DNA of 24,907 nt from an uncultured bacterium (GTDB lineage: Bacteria; Acidobacteriota; Terriglobia; Terriglobales; Acidobacteriaceae), in the NCBI GenBank assembly GCA_967755155.1, contig CBRAFF010000001.1, forward strand, positions 1 to 24,907, given 5' to 3'. A program made the translations under genes and the position numbers. Positions 24,153 to 24,907 of the stretch are shown here, piece after piece (position 1 is the first letter of the stretch; each line of letters starts with the position of its first letter). The notes below the pieces were generated by a model that did no database searches, was not told the origin of the DNA, and saw only the letters and a list, made by a program, of their open reading frames with translations.

Positions 24153-24907
24153 TCAAGGGCACTTAAGCGACGGCGGCGGGAACTTCGCCACGGCTATACC
24201 CTTGGTCAGGTAACCCTCCGTGTGATATATACCAAAGTAGCCGTTGCCTTCGATCGGCAAGCCTGGATCGCTGCATCCGGGCTTGCATCCGGTTGACGGA
24301 CAGACATCGGAGTATGCAAACAGGAACGTAGGAAATCCCGAGGCTGATGGGACCGAGCAGGTCGAAGTTTTTAGATCGCTTATGAAAGTCTGTTCGTCGC
24401 TGATCGTCGTGGATGGCACGTTGGTGCTGTTGGGGCATCCCGTATTGTAGCCGGTCTCACCAATAAAGGTGTGCGATGCGCCACAATACTTTTGCGATAT
24501 CGTGCTGAACAGGGTTTGTACTTGCTTCCAGCATTGCGCTCCGTCGTTGGGCCACTGCGGGGGAACGCTCGCGACGTTGTCGCAGTATGGATGAGCCGCG
24601 ATGGCGTCAACGTTGGCCGGGGGCAAGCCGCCAGCACAGAAAGTCTGCTCTTGGCCCAACACCAGAGAAACGACGATCGGTATTTTAGTGAAGCCGCGCG
24701 CGTTGAGCGCCGTGCGCAGTGTTAGTGCGGCGTCGCTGATCGTCTTCGCCGTAATCGTCTGGCCATTGACGGTCACGCCGAGCGCTTCATTGCCTAACTG
24801 GATCCCGATGATCGTTCCGTCCTCGATGAATTGGCCGGTCGAGCCCGTCGGAAAATTCAGCGCTTCGATATATGCTCCTCCCCCGCAGAATGTCGCAGGG
24901 TTCCACG
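24153..24907 (-). CDS. Glycoside hydrolase, GH17-like (clan GH-A), start beyond the window
   Basis: Frame stays open upstream of the ORF-track start. IQLGNE (acid/base), AHPY, FIGETGY (nucleophile), GYFGIY; many A/T-ending codons. Confidence 0.62.
   Translation of the reverse strand, partial: WNPATFCGGGAYIEALNFPTGSTGQFIEDGTIIGIQLGNEALGVTVNGQTITAKTISDAALTLRTALNARGFTKIPIVVSLVLGQEQTFCAGGLPPANVDAIAAHPYCDNVASVPPQWPNDGAQCWKQVQTLFSTISQKYCGASHTFIGETGYNTGCPNSTNVPSTTISDEQTFISDLKTSTCSVPSASGFPTFLFAYSDVCPSTGCKPGCSDPGLPIEGNGYFGIYHTEGYLTKGIAVAKFPPPSLKCP

Overview
GC-rich bacterial chromosome segment. The Oar-type TonB receptor, short EF-Ts, carD and repeat style suggest Acidobacteriota (inference). From about 3.3 to 23.9 kb it is mostly core genes: a histone-like protein, frameshifted mltD, a PLP transsulfuration enzyme, a TonB receptor, an isoaspartyl peptidase, a CDP-alcohol phosphotransferase, greA, carD, ruvX, mltG, an ABC permease, rplM-rpsI, rpsB-tsf-pyrH-frr and a molybdopterin oxidoreductase. 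The strongest candidate for an undescribed system is 1-3320, a phage-like regulatory cassette with no integrase in view. A CI-type autocleaving repressor, probably leaderless, faces an operon of a 73-aa protein, an unannotated 57-aa Zn-ribbon protein, a sigma-region-4-like HTH regulator, a possible terminase-small-subunit-like protein, a phosphatase and a secreted protein. Three terminator-like hairpins interrupt that operon. Other notable points: a composite REP-like element translated in frame inside the oxidoreductase, REP-like elements overlapping stop codons and a ribosome-binding site of core genes, and an AATCCCC array with an IHF-like site at a compositional boundary next to a GH17-like gene. 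All family assignments come from motif recognition by eye; no database search was run.
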